NCBI GenBank assembly: GCA_037723965.1
Contig: JBBJOS010000002.1
Location: 15,488-79,487 of the forward strand
Source: Pyrinomonadaceae bacterium
GTDB taxonomy: Bacteria > Acidobacteriota > Blastocatellia > Pyrinomonadales > Pyrinomonadaceae
Length of the DNA: 64,000 nucleotides
Direction: 5' to 3'
In this document: positions 18,724 to 27,758 of the stretch, piece after piece
Numbering within the stretch: the first letter of the stretch is position 1
How the letters are laid out: the number at the start of each line of letters is the position of its first letter
Position numbers and translations under genes: made by a program
Notes under the pieces: generated by a model
Databases searched by the model: none
What the model saw: the letters and a program-made list of their open reading frames with translations, nothing else
What the model was told of the DNA's origin: nothing

Positions 18724-19854
18724 ATGAAAATGAAAGCTTGGGCAATTATTGCAATTTTATCGGTTGCCGGAATCCAGCTCGGATGCGGAATGTTCGGCGG
18801 TACTGCCGCGAATATATTCGGAACTGCGGATACGGCGACAGTTATCGCGAAAACGGCGCAGATCCGCACTTCTTACGCGGTTGTGGCGGCGGATTTGCTC
18901 GAGGTCAAACTCGGTGAAAGATTGGACGTGCTGGATCAAATCGAATTCGAAAAGATCGTGTGGTTACGGGTCCGGGCAAGGGATGAAGCAAAGACCGAAG
19001 GCTGGATCGAGGCTCAGAACGTAATAACGAACGATACCTTGGAGAAATCGCAAAAGCTTGCTGAAGAATTCAAGGATCAGGTTCCGCAGGCCGCAGGCAC
19101 CTTGCGGGCGGCGTCGAATTTGCGGCTCGCGCCCGACATGACGCCCGAAAGCATCCTGTATAAGCTTGGCAACGGCAAGTCGTTCGAAATAATGCATTGG
19201 AAATTCGTACCGAAGGCCGAAGCTCCTGACGTTGACGACGCAGCGAAGGGCGAACAAAAGAAGGCGAAAAGCAGCAAAAACGCCGAGATCGAGGCAGCGA
19301 AAGAAGGCGAGCCTGAAAAGATCGAGGAAAAGTACGACATCTGGTATCAGGTGCGGCTTGATCCCTCGATCTCGCCTGCCCCGGCCGGCTGGCTGTTCGG
19401 CAGGCAGGTCGAGCTGCAAATTCCTGCCGATATTGTCTTTTACCAGGCAAACAACCGCAAATTTGTCGGCTGGCAGCGGCTCGATACCGACACGGCGGAC
19501 AAGATCGTATCGACCGACAGGATGTCGACACCGGGAAATTGGGTAGTACTTACCCGTTCTAATCAATCGAAGCCGATCGACGGCGTCGAGCCGGAATTTG
19601 ACGGGATTACCGTATTTGCCTTTGATAAATACGATCAAAGTTATTTTACGGTTTGGCGAACGTCGGGAGAGGTTTGGGGATCGCTACCCTTAAAGGTCGA
19701 GGGTCAGGGCGATAATAAAACATTTACGGTGCAGATACGGCACCCGGAAGGCCGCATGGATGCTAAACGCTTTATTGTTTTTAAGGATAAAAACCGGGTA
19801 AAGGTAACTCCGCCGGAGGATATAGCACAGTACCAGCAAGCGAGAATAAGATAA
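18724..19854 (+). CDS. lipoprotein of unknown function
   Basis: 376 aa with a lipobox-like N-terminus (MKMKAWAIIAILSVAGIQLGC). It contains a Lys/Glu-rich linker. No catalytic motif was recognised. Confidence 0.7.
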   Translation: MKMKAWAIIAILSVAGIQLGCGMFGGTAANIFGTADTATVIAKTAQIRTSYAVVAADLLEVKLGERLDVLDQIEFEKIVWLRVRARDEAKTEGWIEAQNVITNDTLEKSQKLAEEFKDQVPQAAGTLRAASNLRLAPDMTPESILYKLGNGKSFEIMHWKFVPKAEAPDVDDAAKGEQKKAKSSKNAEIEAAKEGEPEKIEEKYDIWYQVRLDPSISPAPAGWLFGRQVELQIPADIVFYQANNRKFVGWQRLDTDTADKIVSTDRMSTPGNWVVLTRSNQSKPIDGVEPEFDGITVFAFDKYDQSYFTVWRTSGEVWGSLPLKVEGQGDNKTFTVQIRHPEGRMDAKRFIVFKDKNRVKVTPPEDIAQYQQARIR

Positions 19855-19864
19855 AAAGATTAGG

Positions 19865-19936
19865 CCCGCGAAATACGCGAAAAGTCGCGAAAATAAGAAG
19901 TCCTAATTTTTCGCGACTTTTCGCGTATTTCGCGGG
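19865..19936 (+). terminator. 29-bp perfect-stem hairpin downstream of the lipoprotein gene
   Basis: cccgcgaaatacgcgaaaagtcgcgaaaa (19865-19893) pairs perfectly with ttttcgcgacttttcgcgtatttcgcggg (19908-19936). The loop is 14 nt. There is no strong T-run, so terminator function is inferred from position only. Confidence 0.6.
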
Positions 19937-19952
19937 CAAATTTCTTAAATTC

Positions 19953-20252
19953 ATGAATCAGGATAAAGTTTACGATGCAGAAAATCCGTTCCCGGAACCG
20001 GTTGAGATCGAGATCGGCGATTCGATTCGATCTTCATGCATTCAGGCCCAAAGATGTGAAGGCCGTCACGCTGGCTTATTTGGAAGCGGCTCACGAGAAG
20101 GGATTTACGTCCGGATTATTCACGGCAAAGGAATCGGTGTGCAGCGAGAGACTGTTCGAATTTTGTTGAGTGAGATCGATTTTGTTAAAGAATTTAAATC
20201 CGGAGATGAATTTTCGGGCGGATGGGGAGCAACGGTGGTGGAATTTTTTTGA
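19953..20252 (+). CDS. Smr-domain protein, with the N-terminal motif displaced into another frame
   Basis: The C-terminal half is textbook Smr: VRIIHGKGIGVQRETV...FSGGWGATVVEF. The expected IDLHG segment (DLHAFRPKDVKAVTLAYLEAAHEKGFT) is encoded at 20029-20109 in the +1 frame. Confidence 0.7.
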   Translation: MNQDKVYDAENPFPEPVEIEIGDSIRSSCIQAQRCEGRHAGLFGSGSREGIYVRIIHGKGIGVQRETVRILLSEIDFVKEFKSGDEFSGGWGATVVEFF

Positions 20253-20257
20253 TTAGT

Positions 20258-20329
20258 GTTCTGAGGCTTTTCCGGTTCATTTGTCCGCGGGCAACACGCG
20301 CCGGGCAAACTGAAGTTTGAACTCAGAAC
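20258..20329. repeat. GTTCTGAG...CTCAGAAC inverted-repeat element (family copy 2)
   Basis: gttctgag (20258-20265) and the 20-mer ctgaagtttgaactcagaac (20310-20329), which matches copy 1 at 19/20. It sits between convergent genes. Confidence 0.75.
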
Positions 20330-20330
20330 A

Positions 20331-20603
20331 TCAGCGTTCGTCGAGGACATCGGCCCAGTTTTCTTCTTCGCCGGATTCGAGGCCAAAGCCGGCGAGCATT
20401 CCGTTTTGTATATCGATGCGGTCTTCAGCTTCCTGGAGCCGCCGGGTCAATGATTTGCACTGCAATTCGAGATCGTGGACACGTTTTTTTCGCTCTTTAT
20501 CCAGTCGGTCGATGTAGAACATATACATCATTTGCAGGCCGGCGACACCGGCTAGCGACAGGCAAAGACATATTAGAGCGTACAACAACATTTGCGATTT
20601 CAA
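20331..20603 (-). CDS. small membrane-anchored coiled-coil protein
   Basis: 90 aa (or 86 aa from the Met at 20591). It has an N-terminal TM helix (LLYALICLCLSLAGVAGL), then a charged helical region and an acidic tail. Confidence 0.5.
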   Translation of the reverse strand: MKSQMLLYALICLCLSLAGVAGLQMMYMFYIDRLDKERKKRVHDLELQCKSLTRRLQEAEDRIDIQNGMLAGFGLESGEEENWADVLDER

Positions 20604-20624
20604 ATTTCAAATTTCAAATTTCAA
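20597..20624 (+). repeat. heptamer tandem array (ATTTCAA x4)
   Basis: atttcaa x4 followed by attg. Related arrays are AATCTRA x4 at 20671-20698 and a GAAATTC-like x4 array at about 20795-20830. Confidence 0.85.
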
Positions 20625-20835
20625 ATTGAAGAGAAAAACCTCTTGCAGCCACGTCAGTTAGGGCCGGTTCAATCTAAAATCGCAAATCTGAAATCTAAAA
20701 TTAATTATACTCTTGACCAAAGCCGGCGGAAAAGTAAAAATCGTACATTAAGCAAAATAAAAATTTCAAATAATGAATATTTGCAGAATCTGCAGATTTT
20801 GAAATTCTAAATTCGTAATTTGAAATTGAAAACTG

Positions 20836-21270
20836 ATGCAAACCGGAAACTTACAATTAATTTACACGCTGATGTGCGACGATGTGCGGATCGAGATGGG
20901 CAACAAGATCTCGCTGATGGGCATTTTTCAGAACATTATGGTCGAAACTCTGCCCGTTTCGCTAATCAAATTTGCCGTGATCAATCACTGGATGGGCGAA
21001 GGAACGCATCAAACCGAGGTGCGAATACTAACGCCGGACAAAATGACCACAATAGTCACATCGCAGCCAACAGGGATAGATCTCGTACCGGGCGGATTTA
21101 CGGACAATGTCAGCTTTTTTGTGAACGTAGTATTCCCATCGTCGGGAACCTATTGGGTGCAGACATTTGCCAATGCAATTTTGCTGGAAGAATTCCCGCT
21201 GATCGTCGCGGACGCGGGCAATGTAGAGGAAATGCGGTTGGCCGACGAGGTTTCGGAAACGATCAATTAG
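20836..21270 (+). CDS. hypothetical protein
   Basis: 144-aa ORF with ordinary composition. No motif was recognised and it looks beta-rich. Confidence 0.6.
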   Translation: MQTGNLQLIYTLMCDDVRIEMGNKISLMGIFQNIMVETLPVSLIKFAVINHWMGEGTHQTEVRILTPDKMTTIVTSQPTGIDLVPGGFTDNVSFFVNVVFPSSGTYWVQTFANAILLEEFPLIVADAGNVEEMRLADEVSETIN

Positions 21271-21292
21271 CTCCTTACGCGGCCGCTACAAA

Positions 21293-21940
21293 TTACTTTT
21301 CAGTCCGGGGAAGATCCAGTGTGATAGCTAACCTATAGATCGCCGCGCCGTCCACTTCCACCTCTTTGGATCCCGAAGCTCCCTTGAATTTCGCGGTTAC
21401 ACGCAATTTTGCCGGGCCTTCGGGCTGACGGTAAGTAAACTCGCCGCTGACGTTCGTAAATCCGCTGCCGAGGCTTTTGGTCGATCCGTCCGAATTTATT
21501 CGTTCGAATTCAACTTTCGCTCCTGTAACGCTCGTACCTTCACGATAGAAAACACTTCCGGTAACGATCACCAGTGATCCCTTGTCAACCGCCAGAATCA
21601 GCCTGTCGCCAAGGTTCCTCGTATTTTTGTCCTTTACTTCGACATTGTAAAGAATCCCGGAGCTATATCCTTTAGCGTCGAAAACGACGGTGTATTTGCC
21701 GGATGCAAGACCTTCAATAAGAAAATTTCCTTTTGCATCTGACTTAGCGCTCTTTATGTTCTTATCTTCACGCCGGACAATAACAGCCGCGTTTGCAATG
21801 CCGTCGCCGCTGTTGTTTCGCACCTTTCCCTTAAGGCCGCCGGTCTGAGCAAATACTGACACGGAAAGAAACAAAAGGACTGGAAACAAAAGTAATCTAT
21901 TTCGATGCGACATTGTAATACAGTAAAAAGACATTTTCAT
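21293..21940 (-). CDS. secreted carboxypeptidase-regulatory-like domain protein
   Basis: Signal peptide LLLFPVLLFLSVSVFAQ. Two repeats of the G.V.D..G.PI..A.V pattern are typical of CarboxypepD_reg folds. The start may be the Met at 21913. Confidence 0.75.
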   Translation of the reverse strand: MKMSFYCITMSHRNRLLLFPVLLFLSVSVFAQTGGLKGKVRNNSGDGIANAAVIVRREDKNIKSAKSDAKGNFLIEGLASGKYTVVFDAKGYSSGILYNVEVKDKNTRNLGDRLILAVDKGSLVIVTGSVFYREGTSVTGAKVEFERINSDGSTKSLGSGFTNVSGEFTYRQPEGPAKLRVTAKFKGASGSKEVEVDGAAIYRLAITLDLPRTEK

Positions 21941-21981
21941 GCTTCACCTCTTGTCAGTGATGCCCAGCATGAAAACGACCA

Positions 21982-22956
21982 CTAGGCCGCCGCGGAGCTC
22001 GTCTTAAATTCGCCCGCCACATCATTGATGATGTCATTGAGGCTGCGGGTTGGCTGGTAGCCGATTAATCTCTTAGCTTTTTCGAGGTTCGGGACGCGGC
22101 GTCGCATATCTTCGAAGCCCTCGCCGTACGCTTCTTCATACGGAATATACTGGATTTGGCTGGTACTGCCGGTCAATTCGATGGCTTTATCGGCAAGCTG
22201 TTTTATTGAAACTTCCTCGTTATTGCCGAGATTTATTACCTGGCCGAAACATTCGGGTGAATCGAGCAGCTTCGACAAACCTTCGACCACATCAAGCACG
22301 TGCCCGAAGCATCTTTGCTGCGTTCCGTCGCCGTGGACCTGAATCGTTTCATTCCTCATCGCCGCGTGGACGAAGCGCGGAACGACCATGCCGTATTGCC
22401 CAGTCTGACGCGGACCGACCGTGTTGAAAAGACGGACAACGACGACCGGCAGACGCGTCTCTTTATAATGCGCAAGAGCCAGAAATTCATCCAGTGTTTT
22501 GGCGCAGGCGTAGGCCCAACGGTGCTTATCGGTCGAGCCGGTAAGAAGATCGTCGTCTTCGCTGAAAGGAATAGACGCTCCCTTTCCGTAAACTTCTGAC
22601 GTGCTCGGTATAAGCACACGTTTGCGGTAGCGCGAGCAGAATTTCAGGATAACGTCGGTGCCGTGAAAAATGGTTTCGATAGTTTTCACCGGCTGTTCCA
22701 TGATAAGCCGGACGCCGACGGCGCTTGCCATGTGATAAACGTGATCGGTCTCGCGAATCAATTCTTCCATCAGCGGCTCGTCCAAAACGGTGTCGATGAC
22801 GAGGCGGAATTTTTCATTGCCTTCGAGATGCTGGATGTTTGAGTATCGGCCGGTCGAGAGGTCGTCAATAACGGTAACGTGATGGCCTTGGCCGATGAGT
22901 TTGTCGGCGAGATGGCTTCCTACGAAACCGGCACCGCCTGTGATAAGAATTTTCAT
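21982..22956 (-). CDS. NAD-dependent nucleotide-sugar epimerase/dehydratase (SDR)
   Basis: The Rossmann motif is TGGAGFVGSHLADKL and the catalytic YxxxK is YACAKTL. 324 aa. Confidence 0.9.
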   Translation of the reverse strand: MKILITGGAGFVGSHLADKLIGQGHHVTVIDDLSTGRYSNIQHLEGNEKFRLVIDTVLDEPLMEELIRETDHVYHMASAVGVRLIMEQPVKTIETIFHGTDVILKFCSRYRKRVLIPSTSEVYGKGASIPFSEDDDLLTGSTDKHRWAYACAKTLDEFLALAHYKETRLPVVVVRLFNTVGPRQTGQYGMVVPRFVHAAMRNETIQVHGDGTQQRCFGHVLDVVEGLSKLLDSPECFGQVINLGNNEEVSIKQLADKAIELTGSTSQIQYIPYEEAYGEGFEDMRRRVPNLEKAKRLIGYQPTRSLNDIINDVAGEFKTSSAAA

Positions 22957-22962
22957 AATTTA

Positions 22963-23289
22963 CTATTTATTTTCGAGAATTTCGATTCTGTTTAGTTGAA
23001 ATTCGGAAGCCCGCCGCAGTTCTTTAATTGCTTCCCACTCTTTTTCGGATGCGCCGCGCAGTTCACGGATGCCAGCTTCGTTTTCCCTCTGAGCCTGAAT
23101 CATTGCGTTCATCTTAAAATCAAAGTCTTCGCGCGAATCTTGAATTAATTTTGCAGAATCATCCAGCCGCTCTTCATGCCTGATCACAAGTTCCTTCATT
23201 TGCAGGATCGCTTGCTCAAGCAATTTAGTTCTGGTTTCACTGTGGGTGATGCGCTTTTCTACCTTTTCAACTCTCTCCTCGGTATTCAT
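22963..23289 (-). CDS. coiled-coil protein of unknown function
   Basis: 108 aa, E/R/K-rich and heptad-like. It is tightly packed between the two SDR genes. Confidence 0.6.
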   Translation of the reverse strand: MNTEERVEKVEKRITHSETRTKLLEQAILQMKELVIRHEERLDDSAKLIQDSREDFDFKMNAMIQAQRENEAGIRELRGASEKEWEAIKELRRASEFQLNRIEILENK

Positions 23290-23313
23290 ATTTTGCTTAA
23301 AGTATTAATTCTA

Positions 23314-24249
23314 TTATCTTACGATTCCGTGGAAATAGGCAACCGTCCGCTTTAACCCTTCCGCAAGCGGAACTTTTGGCGACCATCCGAGCAAATTCTT
23401 TGCTTTTCCAATATTCGGCTGGCGCTGTTTCGGGTCGTCAGGCGGCAGCGGCAGGTATTTTATCTTTATTTCGGTGCCGATGGTTTTTCCGATCTCGGCC
23501 GCGAGTTCATTCATCGTGAATTCGCCGGGATTGCCGATGTTTACCGGTAAATGAATATCTTTGGCTTCGGTATTCATTAGGCGAATCAAGCCATCGACGA
23601 GATCACTGACGTAGCAAAATGAGCGCGTCTGGTTGCCGTCGCCGTACATCGATAGCTCCTCTCCGCGAAGTGCATGGACGATGAAATTCGACACGACACG
23701 ACCGTCGTTTTCGAGCATCCGCTCGCCGTAGGTGTTGAAAATGCGGACGATCCGGGTATCCACCGCATTCTGCCGGTGATAATCCATCATTAATGTCTCC
23801 GCGACCCGCTTGCCTTCATCGTAACAGCTTCTGAGGCCGATCGGGTTGACGTTGCCGAAGTAATCTTCGGTCTGCGGATGGATCAGCGGATCACCGTAAA
23901 CTTCTGACGTAGATGCCTGCAGGATTCGGGCCTTCACGCGTTTGGCGAGACCGAGCATATTTATCATGCCCATTACACTCGTTTTTACGGTTTTGACCGG
24001 ATTGTATTGATAATGAACGGGCGATGCCGGGCAGGCGAGATTGTATATCTGATCGACCTCGAACATTATCGGTTCGGTCACGTCGTGGCGGACGAGCTCG
24101 AAATTCTTGCTGTCGAGTAGATGAAGAATATTAGCCTTGCGGCCCGTGAAGAAATTGTCGAGACAGACGATCTCGTTACCTTCGGACAAAAGCCGTTCGC
24201 ATAGGTGCGAGCCGATGAACCCGGCGCCGCCGGTGATTAAAATGCGCAT
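23314..24249 (-). CDS. UDP-glucuronate decarboxylase (UDP-xylose synthase)-like SDR
   Basis: [21 protein letters not shown]...DNFFTGRK...YDEGKR is the characteristic UXS pattern. Confidence 0.88.
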   Translation of the reverse strand: MRILITGGAGFIGSHLCERLLSEGNEIVCLDNFFTGRKANILHLLDSKNFELVRHDVTEPIMFEVDQIYNLACPASPVHYQYNPVKTVKTSVMGMINMLGLAKRVKARILQASTSEVYGDPLIHPQTEDYFGNVNPIGLRSCYDEGKRVAETLMMDYHRQNAVDTRIVRIFNTYGERMLENDGRVVSNFIVHALRGEELSMYGDGNQTRSFCYVSDLVDGLIRLMNTEAKDIHLPVNIGNPGEFTMNELAAEIGKTIGTEIKIKYLPLPPDDPKQRQPNIGKAKNLLGWSPKVPLAEGLKRTVAYFHGIVR

Positions 24250-24325
24250 AAGATGTACAACGGAAAGTGGAAAATGAACAATAATGAACTTCCGTCATTT
24301 TCCATTTTCCATTTTCAATTGTCCA

Positions 24326-27022
24326 TTACTTCAAATGTTTTTCAAAGAAAGTAAAGATCCGCTCGTATTCATCCGTCCAGCTTTCCGGCCTTGTGAAACC
24401 GTGATTTTCCGATGGATATAGCATCGCTTCGAAATGTTTGGTCTTGCCTAGGCGAATCAGTTTTTCCATTAATTGGACCGAATCCTGAACGTGAACATTG
24501 TCGTCGGCCATTCCATGCAGGATGAGCAGCGGACGTTCCAGTTTATCGGCGTAGGTGATCGGCGAACTGCGTTTGTAGGCTTCGGGATTTTTATCGGGGA
24601 AACCGAGACGCTGTGCGGTGTAGCCGGGCGATGAAGCGTAATAATTTTTCCAGTCGAAAACCGGACGCAGAGCAGCAGCCGCTGCGATTTTATCGGGTGC
24701 ACGCATCGCCAACATCGCCGCCATAAAACCGCCATAGCTGCCGCCGTAAACGCCGACCTTTGCCGGATTTACCCCATAATTTTTGACCATGTAATCGATG
24801 CCGTCAACGTGATCGTCCATGTCCTTGCCGCCAAGAAAATCGTAAACATCCGTCCGCCATTCGCGCCCGTATCCGGCGGAGCCGCGGTAATCGATGTCCA
24901 GCACAACATAGCCTTTCTGAGTCAGCATCTCGTTGAACATAAATTCGCGGTAATAATTGTTCCAGCCGTTGATGACGTTTTGCAGATAGCCGGCACCGTG
25001 GACGAAAACGACCATCGCGTATTTTTGTTTTGCGGAATGACCGGCGGGCAGATATATTTTCGCGGGAATTTTCTTGCCGTCGCGTGATGCAATGTCGATG
25101 AATTTGGGTTCGTTCCATTTACGCCGCAGGAACTCGGCTGGTGTGCTCGACGTAAGCGAAACCGGAATTGATGTCCCGCGGCATCGCGGACAGAAACGGA
25201 TCACTTTCAGCTCACCGGGTTTATTCCACTGGGAAAATTCGTAAAGCAAATATGGCTGGCCGCCGTCCTCGTTCATTTGCGGACCGGTCTTCATGCCTTT
25301 CGGTCCTAATCCCTGAACTTTGTTGACCGTTTTGTCAGGCATATGGATCGAATAGAACTCGCGGGCAGCGGGTCCGTGCTGGGTGGACAAATATGCGATC
25401 TCAGTGGCGTCCGGAGCCCATTTGGCCCATTCTACCTGCCAGCTTCCTTTAGTCAAAGGCTCAATTTTTACATTGGATGAATATACTGAACCGCTGGGAT
25501 TTTCGCCGCGAATTTCGCCGGTCGTATTCGGTTCGGGCTTTAGAGCTTCCAGTTTGGCGAGGTAAAGATGATTGTATCCGTCCTTTTCGGAGGCGAAGAA
25601 AAGCTCGCTAGCGTCTTTTGGATTCGGTTCAACGATTGACGACAGCGGGGCGATCCATTTTTCGTCGGTTTCTTCGGTGATTAGAATTGTCTGCTCGCCT
25701 TTGCTGCCGACGTTGTAAACGTAATAAAGCTGGCGGCGTTTAGTGTCTTTGTCGCCGCGATCGACGATCAGGCTTGCATTATCTGCTGCCCACTTGATCG
25801 AGCGGAAACCGCCCACGCCCTCAGATTTCGGGAGCTTAATCTCAAACGGAGTCTCGCGGCTGCCGTCGGTCGGCGTGACGAAAACTCTCTGCTCGGACCA
25901 GCCGCGGCGCGTGGGCGGCGCGGCGGTGAGTTCGCCGAGATAATTCGGCACGACCAGATTCGTAAACTTCGAACTGTCGGACATGACATATGCGGCTAGC
26001 TTGCCGTCTTTGCTGACAGAAACGTTGCCGACCGTAACAAACTTCGCCGGATCGGCTTCCTTCGTCAACTGCGTGAGCATGACGTTGACGGTGTCGAGTA
26101 CAAAAATATTGCCGCTTTGCGAGAAGAGGATGCGGTCAACGTCGATGAAACGTGCACCGATTTCGCCGGATAGCGTTTTCGTCAGGCGTTTAAAGTGAAC
26201 CGTCTTGGAACCACCTTCGTTATCGTAATCCTTCTTTCCAAGATCAATCCGACTTTGAATATCTCTATTTTCATCCTTAAGTTCTTGGAATGGCTTAGCG
26301 CCGTTCAAGGACGGATAAATCTTATTCAAAGCCAGCATCTCCTCTACGATTGTAGAGAGCCGTGCTAGGCTTTCAAATACAAAAACGTTGTTTCTTGTTG
26401 AATTTTCAATAAGCGAAAATGATAGTTCCCGCCGTGCAGTCATTGCTGATGCGAATAAATTTGGCTCTTGAACTGCGGCTGATTTCAGGTCGGTGATTAT
26501 TACAGGAACCAAATCTAATTTTTCTGATATAGCCTTTTTCAAAGATATCCATTTTCTTTCCGATTCTGATGTTCTGGGAGTTTCACTAATAAAGAGCAAG
26601 TAAAGATCGCCGCCATGCGAAAACAGAAGCTTTTTCGAATCGGGCGACCATTCGAAATTTCCAAGTTGATTTTCACGTTCTTTGACGAACTCATCTCGTA
26701 GAACTAAACCGTAATCAAGCTTGGTTTCTTTTTCGGGTGTCCGCGTCGGCACAGGCAGATCGCTTACACTCAGAATCTTGGCCGCTGAACCGCCGGAGGT
26801 GGAGACCATGTACAGGTCGCGCGGTAGTTTACCCTCAGCGTTCCACAAGTAAATTACCTTTGTGCCGTCGGGCGAAAGCTTTTCGCCTTCGACACGCATT
26901 CCGGCAATTGACGGCTCGGCCATTATTTCGCGAATGGTCAGGTTTTGAGAGGAAACCGGGGAAAGTAAAAAGGCAAATGAAAAAAGTAAAAAGGCTAGTA
27001 ATGAACGGCAGTATTTAATCAT
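24326..27022 (-). CDS. S9 family serine peptidase (prolyl oligopeptidase/DPP-like) with an enlarged N-terminal propeller region
   Basis: Signal peptide present. The catalytic triad context is GGSYGGFMA (Ser), HGMADDNV (Asp) and ENHGF (His). At 898 aa it is clearly longer than usual. Confidence 0.9.
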   Translation of the reverse strand: MIKYCRSLLAFLLFSFAFLLSPVSSQNLTIREIMAEPSIAGMRVEGEKLSPDGTKVIYLWNAEGKLPRDLYMVSTSGGSAAKILSVSDLPVPTRTPEKETKLDYGLVLRDEFVKERENQLGNFEWSPDSKKLLFSHGGDLYLLFISETPRTSESERKWISLKKAISEKLDLVPVIITDLKSAAVQEPNLFASAMTARRELSFSLIENSTRNNVFVFESLARLSTIVEEMLALNKIYPSLNGAKPFQELKDENRDIQSRIDLGKKDYDNEGGSKTVHFKRLTKTLSGEIGARFIDVDRILFSQSGNIFVLDTVNVMLTQLTKEADPAKFVTVGNVSVSKDGKLAAYVMSDSSKFTNLVVPNYLGELTAAPPTRRGWSEQRVFVTPTDGSRETPFEIKLPKSEGVGGFRSIKWAADNASLIVDRGDKDTKRRQLYYVYNVGSKGEQTILITEETDEKWIAPLSSIVEPNPKDASELFFASEKDGYNHLYLAKLEALKPEPNTTGEIRGENPSGSVYSSNVKIEPLTKGSWQVEWAKWAPDATEIAYLSTQHGPAAREFYSIHMPDKTVNKVQGLGPKGMKTGPQMNEDGGQPYLLYEFSQWNKPGELKVIRFCPRCRGTSIPVSLTSSTPAEFLRRKWNEPKFIDIASRDGKKIPAKIYLPAGHSAKQKYAMVVFVHGAGYLQNVINGWNNYYREFMFNEMLTQKGYVVLDIDYRGSAGYGREWRTDVYDFLGGKDMDDHVDGIDYMVKNYGVNPAKVGVYGGSYGGFMAAMLAMRAPDKIAAAAALRPVFDWKNYYASSPGYTAQRLGFPDKNPEAYKRSSPITYADKLERPLLILHGMADDNVHVQDSVQLMEKLIRLGKTKHFEAMLYPSENHGFTRPESWTDEYERIFTFFEKHLK

Positions 27023-27084
27023 GACTTAATAAAGGTTGAAGTTTCAGGCGAACTGTTGCTCAGTAATCTTAGTTTTCGTAATGG

Positions 27085-27204
27085 ATCGCGTAGCGACGGC
27101 TGAAGTTCGTATTTAATTCAGTTGACGCTAACGCGGCAAAGAGAGTTTTGTTTGCCTTCCGTGAGTTGAAACCCACGGCTAAACTCATTAGGTCGCTACG
27201 CGAC
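27085..27204. repeat. composite hairpin cassette, copy B (right-half homolog of 9976-10163)
   Basis: atcgcgtagcgac; ttgacgctaacgcggcaa; ccgtgagttgaaacccacgg; gtcgctacgcgac. By eye it is about 80% identical to the right half of copy A. Confidence 0.7.
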
Positions 27205-27275
27205 AAAAAACTCAGAAACTTAGATTACACAGCACCAGTTTGAGATGTAAGGTCAAATTAAGTATAAAATGCCTT

Positions 27276-27758
27276 ATGCAAACTACACGCAATGAAAAGT
27301 TACAACATCTTGAAAATCTCCACAATGAGCGGCATGCGAAGAGCACTATACTTCTCGAAAATATCAAGTCAAATCTTACGCAAATACAGCAATTATTAGC
27401 TTTATTTAGCCGCGAAGAACCCGATCTTGTTTACAGGTTTTATCATCAAAGCTTTAAAGTTTTTATTGCGGTTTCCCTCGTTGAACAATCAAATAAGTTA
27501 TTTGTCCAACTCGCTCCCAACGAAAGCCCGTTAAACGATTGGTATTGCTCGATTGCCGACAAAGTTCTGGGCAGAGAATTCAATGACGAGACCACAAATA
27601 AAAATTGGCTAGCGGAAACACAGCCGATACTGGAAGCGTTGTGGCATTCGAAATACTTTCTCGAACAAATGTCAGTCGCCGCCAACGAACTGGAAACCGC
27701 TCCGCAAATTTTGCCGAGCGGATGGGCGGCCGTTTTGTATCTCTATAATTTAAGGTAA
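27276..27758 (+). CDS. hypothetical protein
   Basis: 160 aa from the ATG at 27276. It looks helical and visibly AT-richer than its neighbours. No motif was recognised. Confidence 0.55.
   Translation: MQTTRNEKLQHLENLHNERHAKSTILLENIKSNLTQIQQLLALFSREEPDLVYRFYHQSFKVFIAVSLVEQSNKLFVQLAPNESPLNDWYCSIADKVLGREFNDETTNKNWLAETQPILEALWHSKYFLEQMSVAANELETAPQILPSGWAAVLYLYNLR

Noticed and set aside
26198-26590. Intein in the S9 peptidase (and likewise 58107-58367 in LysRS)
   Set aside because: There is no Cys/Ser/Thr at the N-junction, no terminal His-Asn, and no downstream nucleophile or homing-endonuclease motifs.
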